A stretch of DNA of 64,000 nucleotides from a virus: positions 1-64,000 of the IMG/VR virus record IMGVR_UViG_3300017917_000199; one strand, given 5' to 3'. This document shows positions 1 through 8,977 of this stretch, one piece after another. The notes beneath the pieces were generated by a model that worked only from the letters and a program-made list of their open reading frames with translations, searched no databases and had not been told where the DNA came from. The position numbers and the translations under genes were made by a program. How positions within the stretch are numbered: the first letter of the stretch is position 1; each line of letters opens with the position of its first letter.

Positions 1-789
1 CATATAGGGCGATACATCTTCTAATACACTTGAAGGTAGATCGCCCTTTCTTCTTGGGCCGTATTTTACATCAAAATCACAATCATTGACTTTTTGATAT
101 AGATTAACAATTTCTTTAACTGTGTACCCAACACCGTGTCCAAGACATTCAACTCCATTTGCAGGTGTCTCAATTGCGTCCATGAGTGCTGTGCAAATTT
201 CGTTGACATGTACATAATCTCTAATACAAGTGCCGTCCCAAGATTCTTTGTAATCTTTTCCGTAGATAGTAAAGGAACCTGTTTTTTGTGCTTCCATTAA
301 CTTCCACATTAATCCATCGGGATTAGTGGGTTCGTATCCGTCACTACCCACAACGTTATAGAACCTAAATATAGTATAATCTTTCTTGTTATGCTGCGTA
401 CAATATTCACGCACAACATCTTCGGCAGCACGTTTACTAATAGCATAAGCACTATTACAATCCTGTGCAGCACCTGTACTAGCAAAGATAAAATTCTTTG
501 TCTTTACCTTGTTAATCACATTCATTGTACCGTTCAAGTTTGTAATGTAATACTTGATTGGGATTTGTTCGCTTTCACCTACACGAACTAATGCTGCCAA
601 ATGGATGACTGCATCAAATTCTACATCTAGTTCAAACAAACGATTGATATCTTGTTTGTAAAATCTATCGCCCGGGGCTTGTGGCGTATTTACATCTAAA
701 CAATGCACTTCGTATTTGCCCTGCAACATCTTACACAGATGACTGCCAATATAGCCTGAGCTACCTGTAATTAATACTTTTTTTACCAT
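1..789 (-). CDS. galE: NAD-dependent epimerase/dehydratase (UDP-glucose 4-epimerase-like), 3' end outside window
   Basis: Not in ORF track; manual translation from ATG 789: MVKKVLITGSSGYIGSHL (GxxGxxG), YAISK (YxxxK), FRFYNVVG, GTCIRDYVHV, PRRKGD. Confidence 0.85.
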   Translation of the reverse strand, partial: MVKKVLITGSSGYIGSHLCKMLQGKYEVHCLDVNTPQAPGDRFYKQDINRLFELDVEFDAVIHLAALVRVGESEQIPIKYYITNLNGTMNVINKVKTKNFIFASTGAAQDCNSAYAISKRAAEDVVREYCTQHNKKDYTIFRFYNVVGSDGYEPTNPDGLMWKLMEAQKTGSFTIYGKDYKESWDGTCIRDYVHVNEICTALMDAIETPANGVECLGHGVGYTVKEIVNLYQKVNDCDFDVKYGPRRKGDLPSSVLEDVSPYM

Positions 790-2111
790 GTGAATAAACT
801 TTCTTCTTGCTCTTGTGGTTCAAATGAGGGATCTTTTGTTAGATAAGTGTCATTGTCAGTGTAGATAACTCTAAACTTATGTTTGTTAGTTAACACGCTA
901 CGGATATCATCGATGCAGATAATCTTGCGATCCATATCTTTAATAAAGTCTTTTACATTAACAGTTGTTTCACTACAAATCTTTGCCGTATTTGTGTTAG
1001 ATTGTCTAGGAACAAACTCATGTAAGCAATTCATCCACTTATGAAACACAGTTGCTTCTTGTTGCTTAGCATGTTCTAGCGAACCTAACAAGTACCATGT
1101 ATCTGCGTTCTCAAAACTATCATACAATTCTTTTGCACGTTTAGCCATATCTTTCTTCGTGCAACCATAGAAATATTCACTGTTGAAATTTTTAGTCCAA
1201 CGTTGGTCATTCAACACTAATGTTGGTAGTTGAATATGTTGCTCATAGAAAGCCATACCATAGCTTTCAACTATGCTTGGATTGAAAGCAATTCGACTAG
1301 ACTTGATAAAGTCTACTTTCTCTTGCCCAACAACACTAGCACGAACATCGTATGTTGCACCAATCTTTTTTAATCGTTCTTCAAACTTCTTGACACCGTT
1401 GGGACTAGTCATTACTTTAGCAGGCAGTTTAGTCTGCTCAATCAAGTCAATAAACAATTCAGGATTCTTGCCTTCTTCCCATCGACCCACAAACAATACA
1501 CCCTCACGCTTGCCTGTGTATTCAGTTAACAAGTCTCGTTCAGTGATAGGAATAGGAAGATGCCATGCACCGTTGCTCATTGAAATCTGATTGAACTTAC
1601 TTTGAGTACCAATCCATAGACTATTGCACTCAAGCTGCTTACGCATCATATCATTAGTAGAAGCTAAGAATGGATTCTTTGTGTCTTTGAATATCTGACT
1701 TTCCAAATGCGTATAAGCAATAATCTGAATTACATCTTCAAGACCCATTGTTAGTGCAACTTGAATAGTTTCATATGTGTTACAGATGAATGCATCATAT
1801 AGGTTGCTTTCAAGTGCTTTGATAATCGCATTACGGAAGTTAGCCATACGCTCATAGCAGAATGTATCACCATACATAAAGATATTGCTATGGTCTGTAT
1901 AGCGTAGAGGGTCTGATGGGGCAATAACATTAGCTTTCAATGACTTTACAAACTCGTTGTCTTGTGGTTCTTTATCAGTGATAATATCAACTTTGATATT
2001 GTGTTCATCCATCAACTCACAAAAACTTTTAGTGAATTGACCAATGCCACCATGAGGTATCAATGTCTGATAACTCACTAAAAAACCAATTCGCTTATCG
2101 TATGTTCTCAT
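783..2111 (-). CDS. Glycosyltransferase, GT-B fold (GT4-like)
   Basis: HGGIG N-terminal loop, LFVGRWEEGKN, and ESYGMAFYE (EX7E) motifs. Confidence 0.75.
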   Translation of the reverse strand: MRTYDKRIGFLVSYQTLIPHGGIGQFTKSFCELMDEHNIKVDIITDKEPQDNEFVKSLKANVIAPSDPLRYTDHSNIFMYGDTFCYERMANFRNAIIKALESNLYDAFICNTYETIQVALTMGLEDVIQIIAYTHLESQIFKDTKNPFLASTNDMMRKQLECNSLWIGTQSKFNQISMSNGAWHLPIPITERDLLTEYTGKREGVLFVGRWEEGKNPELFIDLIEQTKLPAKVMTSPNGVKKFEERLKKIGATYDVRASVVGQEKVDFIKSSRIAFNPSIVESYGMAFYEQHIQLPTLVLNDQRWTKNFNSEYFYGCTKKDMAKRAKELYDSFENADTWYLLGSLEHAKQQEATVFHKWMNCLHEFVPRQSNTNTAKICSETTVNVKDFIKDMDRKIICIDDIRSVLTNKHKFRVIYTDNDTYLTKDPSFEPQEQEESLFTW

Positions 2112-2344
2112 ACTATTCCCTTAAGTCTAGCAACTAAGAATGCGTCTTTTTGATACCAGCGATAATCAAATATAGATTCACCGGGCCCGGTAATCATTGC
2201 TGTTTGTTTGTATGCTTTCTTTAGCCATAAACGTTTGCCAGTGATATGACATGTTTGTGGAAACCAAGTAAACTTATACTCAGTACCAATACATCTACGC
2301 TTGAATGGATCGTATGCTTGAGGTTCACCGTCAGTCATTACCAA
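2108..2344 (-). CDS. Small hypothetical protein (paralog of 62802..63014)
   Basis: ORF overlapping both neighbours; FTWFP..GKRLWLK motif. Confidence 0.6.
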   Translation of the reverse strand: MVMTDGEPQAYDPFKRRCIGTEYKFTWFPQTCHITGKRLWLKKAYKQTAMITGPGESIFDYRWYQKDAFLVARLKGIV

Positions 2345-2532
2345 CTCTCCACATCTGTGATATCCATCTTGATTGTACTCTTTGGGTCGAATTCAATAGT
2401 GACGTTGGGACCAATGCCACTAACTGATTCTTCGGTCCAAACAACTCGGTCTAAGTCATACATTTCAAAGACTTCTTTGAGTTTTTCGTATTGGTTTCTT
2501 GTTATAACAATTCGTGTCATTATGTTCCCCAT
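2338..2532 (-). CDS. Hypothetical protein
   Basis: ORF fills gap in a tightly packed operon. Confidence 0.55.
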   Translation of the reverse strand: MGNIMTRIVITRNQYEKLKEVFEMYDLDRVVWTEESVSGIGPNVTIEFDPKSTIKMDITDVESW

Positions 2533-3368
2533 TCGTTCTTAAACAATGGCACTTGCAGTCTGTCACTATATCGCCATCCCCTATTCATTGCTTCAATTGC
2601 TACATTACGTGCGTTCAAACTATAGATAGATTCAACACCACCACACGGCATCAGGTATACAGGACCAGTAAAGCCACGCTTGCGATATTCGTCTACCGCT
2701 TGCTCTGCTTCTTTTACATCTTCCTTAGTCGCAACAACAAACTTGAGATATACGAATCCGTACATCTTGTAGCTTGAGACAACATCAGGACAGATAGCAT
2801 CTTCCCACTTCTCACCGCTGATGCTAAGTTTGGGACTGACACTGAATGTAATCGCATCTTTAGCACGATGCTTTTGCCACGTGTTTAAGTATTTACCAAA
2901 CTCATCACTGATTTTTTGAGTGCCGTTTGTTTCAAACGTCATCTCTTTCAATGATTTCATTTTGTCGTGCGAAAGTAAGTCCGGATACGCTCTTTGCCAT
3001 CCAAGTAGAGGTTCCCCGCCCGTGATAACCAAGTGTTCATCCATCCAACGACCTCGAGGGAGTGTATCCACAATAGCATTAGCAATAGCATCGGAACTGA
3101 GCACAGGACTAAGATGTTTGAAACGAACGTCCCAAGATGCATAACTATCACATCCAGTACTGACAAGCGGTAAGGATTTATAATCTGTAAAATTTTCTGC
3201 ATTAATCGCAATTGTGTCCCTCTCTGTACTCATTTCACCTTTAGGCATTCCAAACCCACCGCAAGTGAAGTTGCATCCAAATGTACGCAAGAATACACTC
3301 GGTACGCCGAGGTATTTTCCCTCTCCTTGTATTGAATAAAATAATTCAGAAACCTTTATTTGTGACAT
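2520..3368 (-). CDS. queE: 7-carboxy-7-deazaguanine synthase (radical SAM)
   Basis: SELFYSIQGEG, VFLRTFGCNFTC...GCDS, ITGGEPLL, FETNGT, VSPK; context with queD and folE. Confidence 0.9.
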   Translation of the reverse strand: MSQIKVSELFYSIQGEGKYLGVPSVFLRTFGCNFTCGGFGMPKGEMSTERDTIAINAENFTDYKSLPLVSTGCDSYASWDVRFKHLSPVLSSDAIANAIVDTLPRGRWMDEHLVITGGEPLLGWQRAYPDLLSHDKMKSLKEMTFETNGTQKISDEFGKYLNTWQKHRAKDAITFSVSPKLSISGEKWEDAICPDVVSSYKMYGFVYLKFVVATKEDVKEAEQAVDEYRKRGFTGPVYLMPCGGVESIYSLNARNVAIEAMNRGWRYSDRLQVPLFKNEWGT

Positions 3369-3912
3369 TGATATGCTCTTTCAAATTGTTCATTGATATG
3401 TAAAGTTTTTCGCAACTGAAACCTTCTTTCTTTCTTTTACTTCCTGCTAGGCACCAGCCCCTTATAGTTGTCTCATGCACATCGTAATGTTTGGCTGCAT
3501 GACTCATTGACGGAAACATCCCATCAGGGGTAGTTACTAACATTTTCCAATTGGGTCTATCATCGTGGTCAATATGTTCTATTGTATCCTCAATTACAGG
3601 TACATTGTATTCTCTCTTTAAGTATTCTACAGCATTTAGTAAATTTTGTAAATCATCCTGGAACTTTCCCAAAGCCATATTACAGTTAGTACACAATAAA
3701 CCTCGGACTTTTTTAGTAGTATGACAATGATCCACTGCTAAATCTCTGTCGCATATATCTGGCTTTTTACATATAGCACAAACATACTTTTGTTCCTTGA
3801 GCATGGAATCATATTGATCCGCGTTTATTCCAAAATCTTTCATCAGATTGGATCGTTTTCTGCGTTTATCGGTTCGTTCTTTGGTATTGAGTGATTTTCC
3901 TTGTTCTAACAT
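3346..3912 (-). CDS. Endonuclease VII-type (His-Me finger) free-standing homing endonuclease with C-terminal DNA-binding domain
   Basis: CAIC...LAVDHCH..KVRGLLCTNCN motif; C-terminal FPSMSHAAKHY..TIRGWC HTH-like module. Confidence 0.8.
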   Translation of the reverse strand: MLEQGKSLNTKERTDKRRKRSNLMKDFGINADQYDSMLKEQKYVCAICKKPDICDRDLAVDHCHTTKKVRGLLCTNCNMALGKFQDDLQNLLNAVEYLKREYNVPVIEDTIEHIDHDDRPNWKMLVTTPDGMFPSMSHAAKHYDVHETTIRGWCLAGSKRKKEGFSCEKLYISMNNLKEHINVTNKGF

Positions 3913-3916
3913 ATAA

Positions 3917-3946
3917 GTCTCCTTACATGTATTTATACAAGGTGAC
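3917..3946 (-). promoter_or_regulatory. Late promoter TATAAATA (3930-3937) inside an RBS-sequestering hairpin
   Basis: GUCACCUU...AAGGAGAC stem (7/8 bp) covers SD AAGGAG; exact T4 late consensus in the loop. Confidence 0.7.
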
Positions 3947-3959
3947 GGTAATCTAGCAA

Positions 3960-4172
3960 TTAACCAACGCCTTTACTCAACTCGAAATGTTTTTTAATGT
4001 GATAACTCGGCCATTCAACTTTCATAGTCACTTGTGACATACCCTCGTCAGCAGCCTTCATACATTCCTGAACAATCAACTCGGCGAACATTTGAAAATT
4101 GTCAGCTTGGATATGTAGGTCTTTTTCTGAAAATTCAGCCTGTCTAGCAAGTTCTTTAATTCGTTCGTTCAT
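3960..4172 (-). CDS. Small hypothetical phage protein
   Basis: Start at ATG 4172 overlaps the upstream TGA (ATGA); MNERIKELA...FAELIVQEC. Confidence 0.6.
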   Translation of the reverse strand: MNERIKELARQAEFSEKDLHIQADNFQMFAELIVQECMKAADEGMSQVTMKVEWPSYHIKKHFELSKGVG

Positions 4173-5338
4173 ACTAATTCTGAAATTTGTTTTGCTGTAA
4201 CAGGACCTAATGTCCAACCTAAATGTCCGTGTCCTGTATTATAGAACACTCTACTGTTTTTGTCACTACGTTTGGTAATAGGCATCATGTTGGGTGTCAT
4301 TGGTCGTAAACATGCCCAACTTGTATAATCGTGTGTATTGATATCTGGGAAGTTAGTATGAACCCAATTTAATAATGGTTCAATTCTATCTCTTAGAATA
4401 TCATAGTTTTCGCCATTCAATTCAGCAGTACCTGCAACACGGAATCTATTACCTAAACTACTTGTGACAATTTTAGCTTGGTCATCTAGTAAACTTAACT
4501 TAGGTAAGTATTTAGGGTCAACATTGTTAATCGTAATAGAATATCCTTTGACTGGATAGATATCTAATGTGTCACCTACTTGTTTAGCTAAGTCTACACT
4601 GCCCACGCCTGCAGAGATAACTACAGAATCAAAACCGTCAATAGACAATAACAAATTAACATCAGGTGATGTATTGTAATTGAATTTCACCTTGTATTTT
4701 GTCTCTAATACATGTGCTAGTTCGTAACAAAACTTGTGAATATCGCCAACCCAATCGCTGGGAGTCCAAGATGCACCAATCATATCTTTTATTTTAGACA
4801 GTGCTTTGTCTTTAGATTTTGCATCGGATTCGCTTAATAGTTGCCATTCGCCGCCATTGGCTTCATATAATTGTTTAACATCTACTGCGTTATTCCAATA
4901 CTGTTCATCTTTATAGAAATGCAATATTCCACAATTACTTCTGTCAAACTCTATATTTTCTTCACGGCAAATTTCGTCATATAGTTTGCGTGATTCAACA
5001 CCTAGTTGAATTGTCTTTGCTGTGTTGTGACCATAATCACCGATGATAGTGTGATACAAGAATTTTATCATCCACTTAAACATTTTATAGTCTAAGCGTG
5101 GGCGAATCAGCAGTGGTGCATCTTTAGTGAACATCCACTTGATGCCCTTTTTAACATTAGACCAAGTAGTCCAAACCTCGCTGTTACTAACAGAGATTTG
5201 ACCTCCGTTAGCGTAACTGGTCTTCATAGCAGGATAACGCTCTTGCTCATATACAGTTACATTATAACCCTTTTTTGCAAGATAATATGCTGTTGTGATA
5301 CCTGTGATACCGGCACCTATAACTGCTACATTCTTCAT
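4169..5338 (-). CDS. dadA: FAD-dependent D-amino-acid dehydrogenase-like oxidoreductase
   Basis: VAVIGAGITG, TSYANGGQIS, IYPVKGYS, WACLRPMTP, NTGHGHLGWT motifs. Confidence 0.85.
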   Translation of the reverse strand: MKNVAVIGAGITGITTAYYLAKKGYNVTVYEQERYPAMKTSYANGGQISVSNSEVWTTWSNVKKGIKWMFTKDAPLLIRPRLDYKMFKWMIKFLYHTIIGDYGHNTAKTIQLGVESRKLYDEICREENIEFDRSNCGILHFYKDEQYWNNAVDVKQLYEANGGEWQLLSESDAKSKDKALSKIKDMIGASWTPSDWVGDIHKFCYELAHVLETKYKVKFNYNTSPDVNLLLSIDGFDSVVISAGVGSVDLAKQVGDTLDIYPVKGYSITINNVDPKYLPKLSLLDDQAKIVTSSLGNRFRVAGTAELNGENYDILRDRIEPLLNWVHTNFPDINTHDYTSWACLRPMTPNMMPITKRSDKNSRVFYNTGHGHLGWTLGPVTAKQISELV

Positions 5339-6486
5339 TGTTGGCCCTTCAAAATTGCTACCATTCTAGTAGCTAAATCACGAAACCACTGTTCATTATG
5401 ACCACGAGTAGTCTCAGCCGCGACTCCTATGCGTACTCCTGATGTTTCAGCAAAGCTACGTGTTTCACCTGGCACACCATTTTTGTTTGCTATAATACCG
5501 TGTTGCTCTAATAAATCAGCATACTCTCTACCGCTAAGTTTTTCATTAGTCAAATCGATAGTAAACATATGGCTTTTAGTGCCATTGCTTATGACCTTAA
5601 CGCCTGCTTGGATAAAGGTCTCTACCATAGCATCAGCATTGATTCTTATCTGTCGAGCATATTGCTTAAACTCTGGTTGCAACGCTTCATAGAAGCATTG
5701 TGCTTTACCTGCAATAATATGCATTAATGGTCCACCTTGGGTACCAGGAAATACAGCACTATTAATTCGTTTACTGTAGTCTGGATTATTCCAAAGAATC
5801 ATTCCTCCTCTAGGGCCGCGCAGACCCTTGTGTGTTGTAGTAGTAACAACATCAGCATAAGGAAACGGATTAGGATATTCGCCACCTACAATTAATCCAC
5901 TGTAATGACTTACATCAGCTAATAATGTTGCACCAACACTATTAGCAATTTCACGGAATCTATCCCAATCAATTACTTGACTATATGCGCTTGCACCAGC
6001 AATTAGCATTTTAGGCTTCGTATCCTGAACTAGTTTTGCTACTGCATTATAGTCAATAAATCCCTGACTATCAACTCCGTAAGTATGTGAAACAAACCAT
6101 GAACCACTAGCATTGACTTTAGCACCGTGACTCAAATGCCCACCACTTGCTAAGTCCATACCCACTACAATATCACCTGGAGTTAGGAATGCCTTGAACA
6201 CTGCTAGATTAGCATTAGCTCCGCTATGTGGTTGCACATTAGCGAACGAACACCCGAACAACTTAGTAGCGTATTCAATGGCAATGTTTTCAATCTCATC
6301 TACATTGACACATCCATTATAATAACGTTTGCCTGGAAGTCCTTCTGCGTATTTGTTAGTGAGAATACTTCCACATAACTCCATTACTTCTTTGCTAGTG
6401 TAATTTTCGCTAGCGATAAGTTCAATCGTATTTTTTTGTCTGTTAGCCTCATTTAATAAGGCTGTGTTAATTCTTGGGTCTAACAT
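5335..6486 (-). CDS. glyA: Serine hydroxymethyltransferase
   Basis: LIASEN, NKYAEG, QPHSG, GGHLSHG, TTTTHKGLRGPRGG (PLP lysine), FPGTQGGP; start at 6486 has SD GAGGA. Confidence 0.95.
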   Translation of the reverse strand: MLDPRINTALLNEANRQKNTIELIASENYTSKEVMELCGSILTNKYAEGLPGKRYYNGCVNVDEIENIAIEYATKLFGCSFANVQPHSGANANLAVFKAFLTPGDIVVGMDLASGGHLSHGAKVNASGSWFVSHTYGVDSQGFIDYNAVAKLVQDTKPKMLIAGASAYSQVIDWDRFREIANSVGATLLADVSHYSGLIVGGEYPNPFPYADVVTTTTHKGLRGPRGGMILWNNPDYSKRINSAVFPGTQGGPLMHIIAGKAQCFYEALQPEFKQYARQIRINADAMVETFIQAGVKVISNGTKSHMFTIDLTNEKLSGREYADLLEQHGIIANKNGVPGETRSFAETSGVRIGVAAETTRGHNEQWFRDLATRMVAILKGQQ

Positions 6487-7129
6487 CTTTATCCTCTTCG
6501 TACATAACTGTAGTAGAATCACCTAAATACCATTTAGGATTAGTTTCCACTACATACTTCTTAGTGCATACTTTGAAATCAGGGAATAGCAATTCTTTTG
6601 GATTGCTTGCTGCATCTAAAAATATACAACGATTGTTTGGTTGTGCTGCATATTGTCCGTTATCTAATTCAATAAAGTTAAAACTTTTATGGTCTTCTGG
6701 CCATTCTGAGTAACTAGTATCAATGATGTTTAAATCAGGAGCACAATGGTCTACTGTAAAAAGATAATTACCTTGATAGAAGTTTTTATCCTTAGCGTAA
6801 AATTTGCAACTTAAATTTCGTAAGAATGATTTTTGTACAACAGTAAAGTCATAGCTAAAACAATCCCAAATTTGCAGGGTGTCTAAATCTAGAAACTTTT
6901 CAGCTTCTAGATTTTTATTTCTACTAACAAACGCATGTAGGGGCAGCTTGTCATATAATGCCCCATACTTGGGTAAATATGCTTCTATCCTAAATGCTTG
7001 ACTACGTAGGCTTTTTATACTTACCCATATACAGGGTTCATACTCTCCATGACCCTTTTCAAAATCGTATAGAAATTCTTTTCGGACATAGCAATGTATT
7101 GGTGGTATATTTGCTGTTAGATGAGCCAT
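6467..7129 (-). CDS. Hypothetical phage protein (AQPNNR motif)
   Basis: 220-aa ORF coupled to the queD stop; function unknown. Confidence 0.7.
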   Translation of the reverse strand: MAHLTANIPPIHCYVRKEFLYDFEKGHGEYEPCIWVSIKSLRSQAFRIEAYLPKYGALYDKLPLHAFVSRNKNLEAEKFLDLDTLQIWDCFSYDFTVVQKSFLRNLSCKFYAKDKNFYQGNYLFTVDHCAPDLNIIDTSYSEWPEDHKSFNFIELDNGQYAAQPNNRCIFLDAASNPKELLFPDFKVCTKKYVVETNPKWYLGDSTTVMYEEDKDVRPKN

Positions 7130-7632
7130 TATGCAAATAAATCCTCATTCCATTCACGATGACCTTCTCTAAAAGCCATGTTGCTTTGTGTTTCTCTAAC
7201 TTCTACACGGTAGCACCATAGTCTAGCAGCCTCACCCGGACCCCACATTTCAGGGATATAAACACCATTCACATACTTGTAAAGCATATCACTCAACCCT
7301 TCACACCCTAGTCGAGGTAGAATTGTGAGTTTAGCCATTTTCTTAGCTTCAAGCAGTTTGAATGTTTCAAGTTCTGGATCGTCTTGTGCGACCAATAGAG
7401 TGTGGTCAAATTGACTTTCTAATGTCTTCTTTAGTTCTTTGAGTCCACCATAATCAGCAGCCCAATTGCGAACATCTAACTCATTGGTTCCGAAATAAAA
7501 TTTCATACTGAAACTATATCCATGAATTAGATTGCAGTGACTATCAGCACGCCATTGACGATACGCACATGGGAATGCATCATGGTACTCTTTAGTACTT
7601 ACATATTTGTATGTTATTGGTTGTAATGCCAT
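7129..7632 (-). CDS. queD: 6-carboxy-5,6,7,8-tetrahydropterin synthase (PTPS/QueD family)
   Basis: HCNLIHGY, DYGGLK, FDHTLL, E-x-L, VEVRET motifs. Confidence 0.85.
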   Translation of the reverse strand: MALQPITYKYVSTKEYHDAFPCAYRQWRADSHCNLIHGYSFSMKFYFGTNELDVRNWAADYGGLKELKKTLESQFDHTLLVAQDDPELETFKLLEAKKMAKLTILPRLGCEGLSDMLYKYVNGVYIPEMWGPGEAARLWCYRVEVRETQSNMAFREGHREWNEDLFA

Positions 7633-7702
7633 TGTTTTCTCCTATGTTAATTTTAGCATAGGCAGCAGAATTTGTAAAGCGGGATGACGCCGAAGACCGC
7701 TA
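7633..7702 (-). ncRNA. Candidate preQ1-I-like riboswitch in the queD 5' UTR with an SD-sequestering hairpin
   Basis: AGCGG-UCUUCGGCGUCAUC-CCGCU-UUACAAA-UUCUGCUGCC, then CCUAUG/CAUAGG stem over SD AGGAG; begins about 5 nt after TAAATA (7707-7712). Confidence 0.55.
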
Positions 7703-7719
7703 TAGTTATTTACCAAAAT

Positions 7720-8013
7720 TTATTTGTATAGTTCCAAAAGCATACGGTACTTCTCATATGCTTCTTTGATTGCAGGATGTTGTTTACGCATCCATGCTTC
7801 GTCACGTTGGTCCTGCCACAACTTAGTGTATTCGTAATCAATCTCAACCAAATGGTCAAAACTGCGGCGTGGAATTTCTATGTCAATCGTTTCTTCACGG
7901 TCACTAATATATTGTGATGCCTTCATGTTATAATAGTCAATACTACGGCGTTCACGATTTACTTGAATGTTTCTAACATTATACCGATTTGCGAATTCGT
8001 GATACTTGTCCAT
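7720..8013 (-). CDS. Hypothetical protein
   Basis: ORF; C-terminal P..KEAYEKY..LL.L helix. Confidence 0.6.
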   Translation of the reverse strand: MDKYHEFANRYNVRNIQVNRERRSIDYYNMKASQYISDREETIDIEIPRRSFDHLVEIDYEYTKLWQDQRDEAWMRKQHPAIKEAYEKYRMLLELYK

Positions 8014-8015
8014 AA

Positions 8016-8489
8016 TTATTTACCATTTTTCTTATTGTTCTCTGCCTCGGCAACACGTTTACGTAAGCTAGAACTACTAAAACTATGGTCACGACGGTTG
8101 AAGATATGGTGAATACCTCTGCCAACTCCCTCGTTGCGGCCAGTAAAGTTCGTATCTTCGTATTCTACACCTAACACGCGAACGTCTAATGGTAGTGTCA
8201 ATATCAAATCGACCAAATCACGCTCAGTCTCGTACACTACGATTTCATCTACGAAACGACATGCACTTAATTGTATTTGACGCTCTACTAAACTTTGTAC
8301 AGGTTTATTTTTAGTATCGGGTCTATCAATAGTAGGGTCAGTTTGTAGACCACAAATTAAATAATCACAATGGTTCTTAGCTTCTGCTAACATTGCAATA
8401 TGCCCTGCATGTAATAAGTCAAAGGTACTGAAAGTGATACCAATCTTTTTACCTTGTTCTTTAAGTTCTTTAATTTTATTAAAAATCAT
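8016..8489 (-). CDS. Cytidylyltransferase (TagD/glycerol-3-phosphate cytidylyltransferase-like)
   Basis: STFDLLHAGH (HIGH motif), GLQTD, RDHSFSSSSLR. Confidence 0.85.
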   Translation of the reverse strand: MIFNKIKELKEQGKKIGITFSTFDLLHAGHIAMLAEAKNHCDYLICGLQTDPTIDRPDTKNKPVQSLVERQIQLSACRFVDEIVVYETERDLVDLILTLPLDVRVLGVEYEDTNFTGRNEGVGRGIHHIFNRRDHSFSSSSLRKRVAEAENNKKNGK

Positions 8490-8677
8490 TCTTTTGCCTT
8501 TTTAATAACTTGCTCTGCGATAACACTGCTCTTAGCATCTTGGATAGACATTTGATGCAATTGATCGGCACAACGACCAATTTCAATACTAACTTTACAT
8601 GTACCGCATTCTTCTTCCACTAACCTACGAATCTCGTGTAGTGCTATAACTGCATCGACTAGTTTAAGATTCCTCAT
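8486..8677 (-). CDS. Hypothetical protein
   Basis: ORF overlapping neighbours. Confidence 0.55.
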   Translation of the reverse strand: MRNLKLVDAVIALHEIRRLVEEECGTCKVSIEIGRCADQLHQMSIQDAKSSVIAEQVIKKAKE

Positions 8678-8915
8678 TAAAAATTATCTCCTCGATATCT
8701 ATATCGTCTTTGTCCCAATAATGAACATGGTAAGTTTTACCTGCATGTTCATACACTTCAGTCCAAGTTCTTTGATTGTCGCTCGATCCAATTGGTTCCA
8801 GGAGACCGAATATAGTTAACATATATTCTTTCTCCTCACCTTCAATTAATCGAGTTTCTGGTCCCATTATTTTTCTAATTAATGCTCTTGCCTCTTCAGG
8901 AGTCATTTCTTTCAT
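8664..8915 (-). CDS. Hypothetical protein
   Basis: ORF in operon. Confidence 0.55.
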   Translation of the reverse strand: MKEMTPEEARALIRKIMGPETRLIEGEEKEYMLTIFGLLEPIGSSDNQRTWTEVYEHAGKTYHVHYWDKDDIDIEEIIFNEES

Positions 8916-8977
8916 TTCAACCTACGAACGATTGACACCGTGACTGCAACAACAACCAGTAGAATTATTAAATTCAT
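8912..8977 (-). CDS. 21-aa hydrophobic micro-protein MNLIILLVVVAVTVSIVRRLK
   Basis: Manual translation; ATGA overlaps with both the folE stop and the next start. Confidence 0.6.
   Translation of the reverse strand: MNLIILLVVVAVTVSIVRRLK

Noticed and set aside
3346-3960. Group I intron around the endonuclease
   Set aside because: Flanking genes are intact and there is no non-coding space for an intron core
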